64,000 nucleotides of DNA from Raillietiella orientalis (taxonomy: Eukaryota): contig JAYWIR010000018.1 of assembly GCA_036172245.1 (NCBI GenBank), positions 1,736,001 to 1,800,000 of the forward strand. The letters are read 5' to 3'. Positions 13,061-23,560 of this stretch are shown in pieces. The translations under genes and the position numbers were made by a program. The notes beneath the pieces were generated by a model. The model was not told the DNA's origin and did no database searches. It worked only from the letters and a program-made list of their open reading frames with translations. Within the stretch, counting starts at the first letter, position 1. The number at the start of each line of letters is the position of its first letter.

Positions 13061-14414
13061 GCGGGACTTCACCCTCTCAAGCACCCCTGCCCATTGCCCG
13101 CTGCCGCGCCGCTCCCTCGGGCGTGTTCCCCTCGCCTTCTCTTTCCGGGAAAGGGTGCTCGGGCTACCCTCCTACCCAGTCCCGTCTCCTCCACCTCGCC
13201 TCCTGGCCGGCGCCAACCTCTGCTCCCTCCAGGCGGAGGAGAGGCTCCGGAACCAGGGAAGCGAACGGAACGGCAGCCGTGCGCACCGGCAGTGCCCTCC
13301 CTCCCGCCCACTCAGCCGAAAGGTCTCCCGCCCACGCAGACGCCGAAAGACCTTCGCACGCGCGCACGTTCCGCACGCGATCTCCGCATGCGCAGGCCGT
13401 CAAGGCGAAGGCGCGACCGCCGCCGCCGCAGAGGGTCCCCCCGATCCGGTCCAGCAAGGAAGACAGACCTTACTCCACTCCACAGTCACCAAGGAGACTT
13501 CTGGAGAGGCCTGCGGCGATCTTCACCCGCCGAAAGTCGATGACGTGGAGGAGCTTTCCGGGATTCCCATTCCTGCGCCGCATCCGCTCGCGCCCGTCTT
13601 TCAGCGGCTCCTTGAGGTTCCTCGCTGCGCGGGCAGACACTACTTGACCTCGAGCTCAAAGGAAACCGTGAGGTCAAAGAAGAAAACAAAAAAGCAAAAG
13701 GAGGGAGGGGGGAACACGCGGCTTCTTGTGGCGGCGGCGCGCCTCCGGAAGAGATCTCAGCCTCCGGAGAAGCCCGCCGGGAGCAGAAGCAGCAACCGGT
13801 CGAACGAGCCTGGCAGAGACGCCGGGGTGCCTCCTTCCCGGAGCAACGCGCCGCTCCTCGCTTACGGTCGTTCTCCCGGCAACCGAGGCAGAAGGAGCAG
13901 GAAAGGGATGCTGGAGGCCGTCGCAAGGAGTCTGCGAGGGCGAGCGTGCGTTCCAGGGGTCGGTGTGGTGACGGCGAACAGGTACCGGGAGCGAAGAGAC
14001 CCAAGTCGAGGGGGAGGCGTACGAGGGCGGAGCCCCTCTCGGAGACACCACCACCACCTCCCCCAGTCCCGTCCGCACCTGCAAAGGGAGGGGGGAGGGC
14101 AGGGAGAATAGTAGAGAAAGTTTCCGCCCCTCCTCCCCCTCCCGCACGTGACGCGAGCGTCGACTCCTCGCCCTCGACCACGTCATTTCCTCCGACCTGC
14201 TGGTGACATGCCCCCCCTTCCACGACCGCCTGCCAGCGAGAGAGTGATGGCTCCGCGCCGGCAGACGGGGAGCGCCCAGTCCAAAACCTAATGAGTGCAA
14301 AATGGAGCCAATTCATCTCCGCGCTCCGCTTTCCCGTCGATTATCGATCGGGAAGGATCCCTCGCAAGACGGTAGCAATTTTTCAGCAGTGCGGAGGAGG
14401 CAGATCTCGCGTCG

Positions 14415-14505
14415 GATGAGGGTGGGGGGAAGGAGGAGGAGGATGAGGGAGAAAAGAGGAGAGGGAGGAGGAGGGAGGAGGATGGGAGAGAGGAATGAGA
14501 GGAAA
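14415..14505 (+). repeat. Polypurine (GGA/GA) low-complexity tract
   Basis: Directly visible. Confidence 0.85.
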
Positions 14506-15499
14506 AACCCCACGTGGTCTTCCTACTGCGTTGCCCGGCGTTTCCTTCCGCGTGTGTCCCAGTGAGAGCCCGTGCGGGCACGCGTTGCTTCCTTCCCCCT
14601 CCCCCCCTCTCTCTCTCGTCCTCCTTCCAGCCAGCACCCTCCCCCGCATCTAGCGGCTGCAGAGGTGGCTGATGACGGCGGACGACGACGCCCCTCTGCG
14701 ACGGCGACGGCGGCGGCGGTTGCGACACTGAGTCCGCCTGCCGCGCGAACACGCCGCACCCATGGCGCGTGCGCGCGTCGCTCCCTCGGAGGAGATAAGG
14801 GGAGGCCCCTCCTGGTCCCGAGGCGCAGACAGGAGGAGGGCTCCCTCCTCCTCCTTCTCGCTCCTGTCCCGCTGCCGCGCCTGCGCACTCCCAGGCTACG
14901 ACGAACACTCGGAGGCGCTGGCGCCGTGCAGGACTCCTGCTCCCGACTCGGACGTCACGTGACCGGGCGGGCGCCCGTTACGGGAGACCGATAAAAGGCT
15001 GCTCAAAGTTAAAGAAAGATATGGGGGGGAGGGGATACTCGCGGGTCTCTCGTCGCTGCCGAGCACTTCCTGTGGGAACTCCGGAAGAGAAGACGTGGAC
15101 GGGAAGAAGGGCAGTAGAACAGGGAGAGCGGGAAAATCTGGGAGTCTCGCCTTGCACAGGAGAGGGACGGAAGGGTCCCAGGCAGTGGATGCCGGGCCGC
15201 GCTCCATCGTCTTCTGCGCAGCCGCCCTCCCTGCCTCGAGGCACGTGTCGCTCTGGGGGAAAAGAGTGGAGAGACCTCAGCCCCGGACCCCGCGTTCCAC
15301 GGCACCTGAGGCTGGCCAGCGCCTCCACCGAGCGAGAAGCGCCACCTGCTTCCAAGGGGAATCCTATCCAGACGGGCGATGGCACTCTTGCACGACTCCG
15401 AGGACAGGGAGAGGCCGGGAAGAAAGCTGTCGGGGAAGGAGGACTTCGCCCGGGGAGGAATTGTGCCCGCATCTCCCGCTCGAAAAGGGGAACCGGTGA

Positions 15500-16290
15500 A
15501 GCTCCCTCCACAGCAGCAAGGAATTTCCCACTCCTTGTCCCTCGTTCCTCACCCTTCCCTGCGGCGACTGGAGGACCGGCCGCGCAGTCGGGCCGGAGAG
15601 ATCCTCCCGCTAAGCTTCCTCAGCGGAAATCACGAGCATGTCCAGAAGATAGAGGCCTTCCTGAACTCAAGCGGTGGGACTGGCGACCCTTCCGCGGAGC
15701 GAAAACCGGAAGTGGAGCCGCCCGGTGGTCAGGAGACTGACCCCGAGAGAGCCGGAGGCACTTCCCCCGTCCACGGCGGAACCGGCCGGAGGCGCCGCTC
15801 CCGAAGCAGTCAGCATCCTCCTCCTCGTGGGCAACCGACGCGTCCGGGAGGCTTTCTCGATCGCCCCGGGCCCAGGGGTCGATCTGCCGAGGTGGAGCGC
15901 GCTCACCCGCGGCAGAAGGAGCTGCGAAACGGCAGCGATTTCAATGGCGACCGGCGCTCCCGGAACCGGTAGGCCGTCGGGAAGGGACGGGGGATAACGG
16001 CTCGCTTCATCCCGGGTGGCTCGGGACGATCCTGGTGAGGCTTCTTCGGTGGCGGGGCAGTCCCTAGCGTGGGAGCAGAGGAACGGGAAGCAGCCTCAGA
16101 TGTTGTAGCACCAGCGGGGAAGCGCTCGGTCCAGAGGCTGGGCTCCTGCTGCTTGGGAATGCGGAAGGGTCCAGGATCTCCTCGGTCGGAGAAGGAGCTT
16201 TTCCCGAACCTTTGGGAGGAACTAGGGGAGACTCTTCCCTGCTCCTCTGAGCGCAGGGGTCTGGAGGTGCCTGAGGAGACGGCAGGCTGA
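15500..16290 (+). mobile_element. Decayed APE-type endonuclease of an L1/Tx1-like ORF2
   Basis: Ordered remnants: AFLNSSGGT (GTAI-like), VSILLLVGNRRVREAF (NIYAP...R..FF-like), GSDFN at about 15931-15945 (GDFN), AASD (SDH-like), ELFPNLW. Confidence 0.45.
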
Positions 16291-16699
16291 GAACCCGTCC
16301 TAGAGCCGCTCGCGAGGCGCCGCCTTGCGGGCGGGCCCTCTTTCTTAACGGAAGCCAGCGAAGGCGAGTGCGCAGCGCAACACGCTGCGCTCCAGGAAGC
16401 TCCACGGCCCAACAGAGGGGAGGGAGGAACGGTAGAAACAAGACTGCCCTGTTGGCGCTCGTTTTTTCGGCGCCTGCAGCTGCTCCATTTGAAAAATCTG
16501 TCTTTCTCCGTGATTCAGGCTTGATCTCCTCCTACTGATGCTCCCCCTCTTCGGCATCATCGTCTCCATCCCCCTCCTCTTCCTCGTCTCCATGTTCTGC
16601 AGCGTCCGAAAAGTTCGTTAGGAGGGCTTCGCAGCCGGTTGGAGAGGGACAAGGGACCGGGTAGGAGGGTGAGAATTCGCCCGCGGCCCCGTCTCCCTT

Positions 16700-17100
16700 T
16701 AGCTTCGTCTTCTTTGCTGGACGGAAGACACGGGGAAGACAGGAAACTTCCGAGGTGGGATGCCTTCGAAGAACAACTCGCCTGGGGAGGGACTGCTGGG
16801 ACGCCTGCCTGTTCCGAGGATCCCTAGGCAGGGCATCGTCGGTCAGGGTGACGTCGCGTGTGAAAAATGGAGATGGAGCCCTTCCAGATGGGACAAGAGT
16901 GCTCACCTGCTTCAGGGAGGGAGGCAGTGGTTTCCAGGACGACCCTGGGGAACCTCTGCTGAAGCAAGGGGATCGTGGAAGTCGATCTACGAGAGAAGGA
17001 AGGAGAAGGCGGGAAGCGTGCCGCTGCTACTTACGGAAGCGCACGGAGTTCATGGAGAGGATGCGGTCCAGGGAGCAGATGCTGGAGAAGAGTGCGAAAG
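16700..17100 (+). mobile_element. Decayed L1/Tx1-like ORF1 fragment
   Basis: LGRASSVRV...LPDGTRVL...DPGEPLLKQG...REACRC resembles the Tx1 ORF1 pattern G.V......G.R.V....IP..L...G...C..C. Confidence 0.35.
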
Positions 17101-19049
17101 GAAAGAGGAGCGTGCGCCTTCCAGGGAACTCGGAGAGCGAGAGACGCACTCGAGGCGAAAAGCATCGGAGGGAGGGAGCAGGCTGAGTGAAGAAGGGGAG
17201 AAGGGCAGGGGAAGGCGGCGAAATCGGGAGCACTCGTGCGGGAATCTCACGCTGTGGCGTTTGAGGGACGCTTCCGGGAAGTAGGGAACGCCGGAGAGAC
17301 GGAAGATGCATTTCCGGGTAAGCGCCGCTCTCCCCTGCGGCCAGACGACAGCTGCCGATGGAGATCCCGGGTTGCCACGAACGGAACCGCATGGGCACCG
17401 CCCTGTCCGTCTCCCCCTCGTTTCTCCCCCCCCCTCCCCCTTCCTCACTCCGGGAAGGCGGCTCCAACCCGGAGGCAGAGAGGACGCTCGTATCATGGGA
17501 AAGCACGTGGCGCGGGGGAGTCCTCCGTCTTCTTTCGCTTCTTTAGGCGTGATCGGGATGAGCACGCGGAAATCGTCCAGAAGCGTCTCCCCACGCAGAA
17601 GATCCAGGAAAAGTCCCTCTCGTCTGCTTTTCTCCCTCTCAGGCCGAGAGGAGCGGCGAATTGTTCCGGGGAGCTCCTGCGGTAAGTTGGCTCCGGAAAC
17701 CCCTGGGCGAGCCGCAGGAGTCCCGTATGATATCGGGAGTTCCCTCTCCCGATGAAACGAAAAGGGGGGGAGAGGAAAGAGGCTGGAAGAGGTGTGCGTT
17801 CCCTTTCCCCCCCTAAGGAACATGGAGACTCGCCGATTGCGCCAACGCAGACATGCTCCCGCCTTCGGGATGGCTGCCGTCTTTTCCCTTCGAAACCGGT
17901 GAAAAGACGGCAGCCATCCGTGCGGGGCAAGTCGCCGGCGCAGTGTGGTGCACTGGCTTGCGCCGCTTCGCAATGCGCAAGGGTCCGAGGAGGCCGGGGT
18001 GCAGGCTGCACGTCTCCTTCCCCTGTTCCCGTCCGGTTCTGCTGAGCGCGCCGACAGGGAGCTGCAAGGGACGGCAGTCAGCTCCTGCAGCTCCGGACCT
18101 AGACGGTCGAGGCCGATCCCGGGGCCTTTCCACTGTGCTCCCGGTAGTGGGTGCTCTTCAAGACATCGCGGGCGGGGAAACAGCCGGGAGCCGGGAGTGC
18201 CTCGGGTCTCTTCGAGGGCCGGGAGGAAGGCGACGCTCGTGGGCAAGAGAAACGCGGCCTTTTCGTTGGGAGGGTTGCAGGAGGGTCCATTTGTACGGGA
18301 GGACTCTTCCCACTCCCGGGGTTGGCATCGGACGGCCTTCCTCGAGTCTCTCTCTCCTGGACCCGCGTTCTCCTTTGGCTCTGGGGATGAAGACCTCGTA
18401 ATCCTCGCCCCTCCGGCGTCTCCCCCATAGGGAGGGCAGCCGAGGAAAGAAAAGGCTCTCCGTGGAAATCCAGGATCAGCTGGGGCTCATCCCTCTTCTC
18501 GATTCTTCAGAAATATTCCGGGAGAAGGAACAAGGCTCGCCGTCTTCGAGACAGCTGGCGGATTCTCTCGCAGGCAAAGGCGGGAGGGCCGAGAATGGCG
18601 CGCGCACCCGGCGGCGACTCCCTGCAGCGAATCCAAAAGAGGAAAGTTCCCCCCTCCATCTCGGCTGAGTTTGGGATAGATGCGCCTCTTCCAGGAGCGA
18701 GAACCCCATCACCACCTTCTCTCCTCCGCCACTGCTCTTGGTGAGCCGGACGGCGACGGGAGGTGAACGTTCAGCGACTGCGGATTCGCCTCGCCGCCAG
18801 CCATCTAGCGGAACTTCATGGAAGCTGCTCAGAAACCTGCAGCGCTCCCCGCTGCACCGGAGCAGGAGCTCTACTGGCGATTCCGCGCGCGAGAGGCACT
18901 GTGGCAGCCACTCCCCTAGGCCATGGGATGAGCCCTCCGCCTCAGGATTTCGCAGGCCGAGTGAAAGGAGACCGCGCTGTGCCCCGGGACGCGCGGCATC
19001 TCCGGGATGAGGCTGGGGTTTGATGAATGGCGACGTAGTAGGGGCTGCC

Positions 19050-19650
19050 TGAAAGCCTCCCGGATTCCTTCCGCGTCCGGGGATCCGCTTCGTCTCCTGA
19101 TGCGTTCCTACTGGAGGTGACGAAAACTGGGAATTCCCGCGCCGCCACGCGCCTCTCTCGGGAGGAAATGCAAGAGCCGTTCTTCCAGAATTCCCTGCTC
19201 CTTTTCCGTGATCTCGACCAGCACAGTAAGGCGGGCACCTCCTTGCGGGTCGGTCGACATCGGAACGCGAAGGGAGGGTAGTGGCCTTCCCTCCTCCCCC
19301 GGCCCCACGTCCTCGGGTGGACAGCCCAACTCGATGAATCTCCCGAAATCCCTTTGGCGATGAGCTGTCCGGTTACCTCCCCTCCTTTCCTTTTGGGAGA
19401 TCTCCCGCATCATAAGAGGAATTTTTTAAACCTTTCTCTACCGGAGCGCCTCCGCTTAGGGGTTTCCAAGGGGACGACCTTGGATCCGCAGCCGTTCCTT
19501 GTGTTTGGTTTCCTCGTCGAGAGGCTCCCTGACCGCCTCCCACCCCCCTATTTCCCCGGGAACTCCTCTGAACCACCTTTTCCGGAGAAGGATTTCTCCG
19601 CCGTACCTTTCACGAAGAGCACCCCTCCCAGGAGCTCGTGGGACCTCTGA
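19050..19650 (-). mobile_element. Possible decayed APE endonuclease fragment
   Basis: GVLFVK and DAGDL (GDFN-like) appear in the expected order. Weak. Confidence 0.25.
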
Positions 19651-19872
19651 GGGGTTGTTCTGCTTCTGGTTCGCGAAGGGAGGGTTTTCCCGAAGGAGCT
19701 CAGGGAAGTGAAGGGAAAGAAGGATTGGTGGAACGGGTGGATTCACTCCACCCCCTCCTCTGGGATCTCCTACGAGAGGTCCAGTCACTCCGCCTTCCTG
19801 TCCGGACAGCCGAGGACCAGCGCGCTCCCTGGAAACCGTAGCGACGTCGCTGCCCGAAGGCGGTCGCGACCT

Positions 19873-19937
19873 CTCTCGCTATGGTGAGCGTCCCTTCGCC
19901 CTCAGGTGTTTCCGGAACGCGCGGATGCAAGGGAGCG
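19873..19937 (+). repeat. Left arm of an inverted repeat (partner 22264-22328)
   Basis: 58 of 65 positions match the reverse complement of the partner, including a perfect 33-nt core (19891-19923 versus 22278-22310). Confidence 0.9.
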
Positions 19938-22263
19938 AGGGTATTCCTCCGCCAGTTGCATCCCAGGTGCTTCTCGCTCTCCACCCTCGTTGCCCTCCTT
20001 TGTCCGGGAATTTTTCGCCGACCGCTTCTGCTCCTGGTCGTCCCCGTCAGAGATGGGAACGTGTTCAAGCTTTGGCGCCCAAGGTCCTCAGAACATCCGA
20101 AAGTAACACTGGACTCTTGGAGGAGATGGAGGAGAGGAGATAAAAACTCTTCCCGTCCAAACGACGAGAGGACCTTCGGGTGGGTCGGTCTGTCGGCAGA
20201 AGATGCCACTCCTCTCCCTCTACGCTCGGGTGTTCCTGGATCCTTTCCACGGGAAACAGGCGGTAGGAGTATTCTGCGACCGCTCGAGGGGATTCCTCCC
20301 CGTCCCCTCTCCCCGAACGCTGCCTCCCAAAGTGATATCAGTGGCATCTACCAGTCTCTCCACTCACTTCCCGCCTGCCACTTTTCATTGGCCACTGGCA
20401 GGTCAATAGGATCCTGTCAGTATCCACGTGCCGGACGAAGCTCTGGGCATCCAGGCTGGAGATGACACTTCGAGATCCACAGGGCGTCCTGTTCGGGAGA
20501 ACCCCATTCACTGGCACGCGCAGCGGCGGTAGGAGAGGAAGCGGCAAAGAAAGCACCAGCTGAGCGCAAGCGTGGGAGCAAGGAGACATAAGGCTTGCCA
20601 CCTCCCTTTCCGCTTCCTCTTCGTCTTCCCCTGTGTGGCAGGCATTTGCGCATGTCGCGCGTCCCGCGGCACGTCAGAGGAGCAGCAGATGCGGCCGCGG
20701 GGAAGTCCTCGGGACCTCGCCGGAGGGCCGTCCAAGAAGCGGACTCCAGCCGTCAATGCCGGCGCAACTGCACGGGGCCAAGGCAACCGCCCCCCCCCCC
20801 CTGCTTCCCTGGTACGGCAGTTGGTCTGCTGCAAGCTTGCAGAGGGGGACGAAGGGAGAGGTTGGGATGAGGAGGGTCCATAAGATGCTCTCCTTCAGCT
20901 TCCTTGCTCCCCTCTACTGATGGGGACGGAGGAGGCAGATGACACTGTTCCCTCCGTGTCTCCCTGGCTTTCCAGAGGGGACTCAGAATCCTTCTCACCC
21001 CCCCATCCTTCACAGCGCCTCGCACGCCTGGAAAATCTCAGGTGGGGATGACCCCTCTCAGCCACCTCCTCGTGCAGGCTTCCCGGAAGCTCAGTCCCCG
21101 CTCCCCTTTCCTCTCTCGTGAACTCGTCCGCTCCACTCCATGTGGATGAGAAGACACGCGTGAGGAGGCTAGTTCTACCCGGAGAAGAATGGAAGGGAAT
21201 GGGGCGCTTCCGATCTGTGAGAGGAAAGCGCGTCTCCTGGACGTCAGGAAAATTCCAGGAAAAGCGTCTGCGAAATCCCCATCTTTCTTATCCTGTTCTC
21301 CTCCCATGAGCAGTGCAGGCTCGCCAACACAGCACCACCATCTCATATCAGGCATGGCAACCAGGACAAAGCAGCAGGAGATCGAGCAACCTGAAAGGGA
21401 CGCTCACCGCGGATGGAGGAAGAGATACCCACCCCCTACCTGGACTTCCTCCTTCTCCCTGAAAGGCATATGAAGGAGGCATCGTACCCCACCCTCACAC
21501 TCTCACTACCTTCTTCCTAGCTTCCCTCAGCCATCGTCGGAGTGGGCATCTTCCTGCCGATGCCGCCACTCTCCTCCGTGATGCCTCAGGCCCTTCTGCA
21601 GAAGAGTTCACGGGCCATCCACATCGCAAGCCGCGGCCCTTTTTTCCTGTCCTTCTCGGGGCGGCCCGATGAGGGCGCTGAAAAGAGGAGGGGGCGAAGC
21701 GAAGGGATCCTCTGCTTCTGCCCAGGACCCTCCACTGCTCGGGGGAAGAGAGGAAAGGAAGGAGGGAGGGAGTCGAGATCCCGTCCTTCGCATCCCCAGC
21801 GTCCCGAAAATCTCCCGGATCTCCTTCCGCCTGGTCAGGCGCTGCCGATGCTGCACCGGGGGAGGCACTCTTTCGGCTTTTCCTGCTTCACTGCTAGCCC
21901 TCCGCTCCCGAAAGGGTGAAGACGGACTCCATGGGCCTCCGAAGAACCCCCCCTGCCCCCAAGTGAACCCCGTTTTTCGGAAAAGCAGCAGACGCTCTAC
22001 CTTTGCCCGCTGGGAAAAGCGGCGGGTCCGCAGACTCCAGCCGTTGACCGGGCCTCGCCCGGATGCTCCGCGCCTCAATCGAAGTGCACCGACCGAAAAC
22101 GCGTGGGCGGACGGCTCGGTATGGATGAGAGGGGGCAAAAAGGGCAAAGTGGGCCGCTCCTGAAGGGAGATCCTGAAGGATGAGGTCGGACCTCAATCTG
22201 CGCTTCTCCTATGGGACAGTTCCCCCTCCCCGCTTGCCTCGAGCGGAACAGCCACTGCAGTTG

Positions 22264-22328
22264 CGCTTCCTTGCATTCGCGCGTTCCGGAAACACCTGAG
22301 GGCGAAGGGATGTGCGCCGTAGCGAGAG
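22264..22328 (-). repeat. Right arm of an inverted repeat (partner 19873-19937)
   Basis: Direct comparison; core cgcgcgttccggaaacacctgagggcgaaggga. Confidence 0.9.
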
Positions 22329-22499
22329 GCAGCAGAGGTGGCAGCAGAGAGGTTGCACCGCTCTGCAGCAGCGGTTCCTGGGATCTCCTCTTCCTTCTTA
22401 TCCTTGGGAGAAGCTGCAAAACGAAGTCGCTTGGGAACACACCAGGGAAGTTACAGAAAGTTCCTTCTGTTTTGTAGAATCGGAAAACTTATTTAGGAG

Positions 22500-23560
22500 A
22501 CCTCCAGGACATTCCTGCATCGGGTATGCGCGAAGGCTCCGGCTGCTGAAATCCACAGCATCCCACCAGTTTGCATGAATCTTCGGCAGCCGCTGTTAAC
22601 CTTAGGCATCCTCAGCCGAGCAGCCTCCTTCTCTGGGACCAGCAAGCGAAGAGAAGACAAGCGTGCGAAGATGCCAGGAATCCTGGTGTTTGGGGCAACT
22701 CCAACGAGCCAGTGTGCTCCCATGGAGGGACTCCCAAACTCATTCCCGGAGTCCTGGTCAGGGCCGCTGCAAGCATCGGACTGAACCTGACCTTTCCTTC
22801 GGAGATAGGAATCTTTCGGCACAAGCCAGAGCACCCCCCCGTCTCGCGAAGGAGCAGCAACAGCTCCTTGCTCCGAAAGAGGTAGCCGAAGCCCTGAGGC
22901 TTGTCGCCGTGAGAGTGCGTTCATCTGTCCTCCATTACGGCCGATGGCTGCCTGCCTATCCAGCATGGACCAGAAAATGGTAAGCTCGTGGGATTGTCAG
23001 AAAAAGCCAATCGAAAGCCAGAAAAACTGGAAAATTCGCGTTTACTTAAAATAGCGTGCCCTCCCATTCTTGGCCTTCTCCTCTTGTTTACTTGCAGTTT
23101 CCCTGTGGCCAGAAGATCCCAAGACAACGGGGGAATGAGACTCCTTCATAGCGCACCCTTGAATGGCTGCCTCTCCAGAGTGTGAAGAAGCGCCCTTCAG
23201 AGAAATGGGGAAACCTCCCTTCGGGGTTATCTTCAGAGGAGGAAACAAAGGGCGGTTCCTTTACCAAGGGTCCCTCCGGAGTGGAAATTCCAGGAGAGGA
23301 TCATTTCCGGGTTTGCTTCGCAGAAACGATGAGTGACCCTTCCGGGGGACGACACCCGAGAGAGAATAACGAAGAAACGGTTTCTTTCGGGGTTCCCTAA
23401 CGAGCGTAAGAGGAACGGATCTCTTCTTCTGAAGCCCTTCTTGGATTCCAAAGGTGGTTCCTACAGAGTTACACGCACTCTCAGGTGGGCGAGGACGGTG
23501 ATCAAGAGCTTCGTGAACTCCCCGCAGGGAGGCGTACGATTCTTCAGCACGTGGCGAACC
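22500..23560 (-). mobile_element. Decayed L1/Tx1-like RT and post-RT region
   Basis: Ordered remnants: GEFTKLLITVL..LRVRV, KKGFRRRDPF (GVRQGDPL-like), HRFCEANPEMILSW (FxxASGxxINxxKS-like), GRARYFK-TRIFQFFW, CWIGRQ...QGFGYL. Confidence 0.45.

Noticed and set aside
12116..18246. Long ORFs of 270-400 aa (12116-13006, 13050-14111, 13486-14316, 17050-18246)
   Set aside because: Arg/Pro/Ser/Gly-rich, overlapping in several frames and with no coherent domain. This is expected from stop-codon scarcity at high GC.
18300..18340. NPGSGKS P-loop-like motif on the minus strand
   Set aside because: No preceding hydrophobic strand and no Walker B or NACHT context; likely chance.
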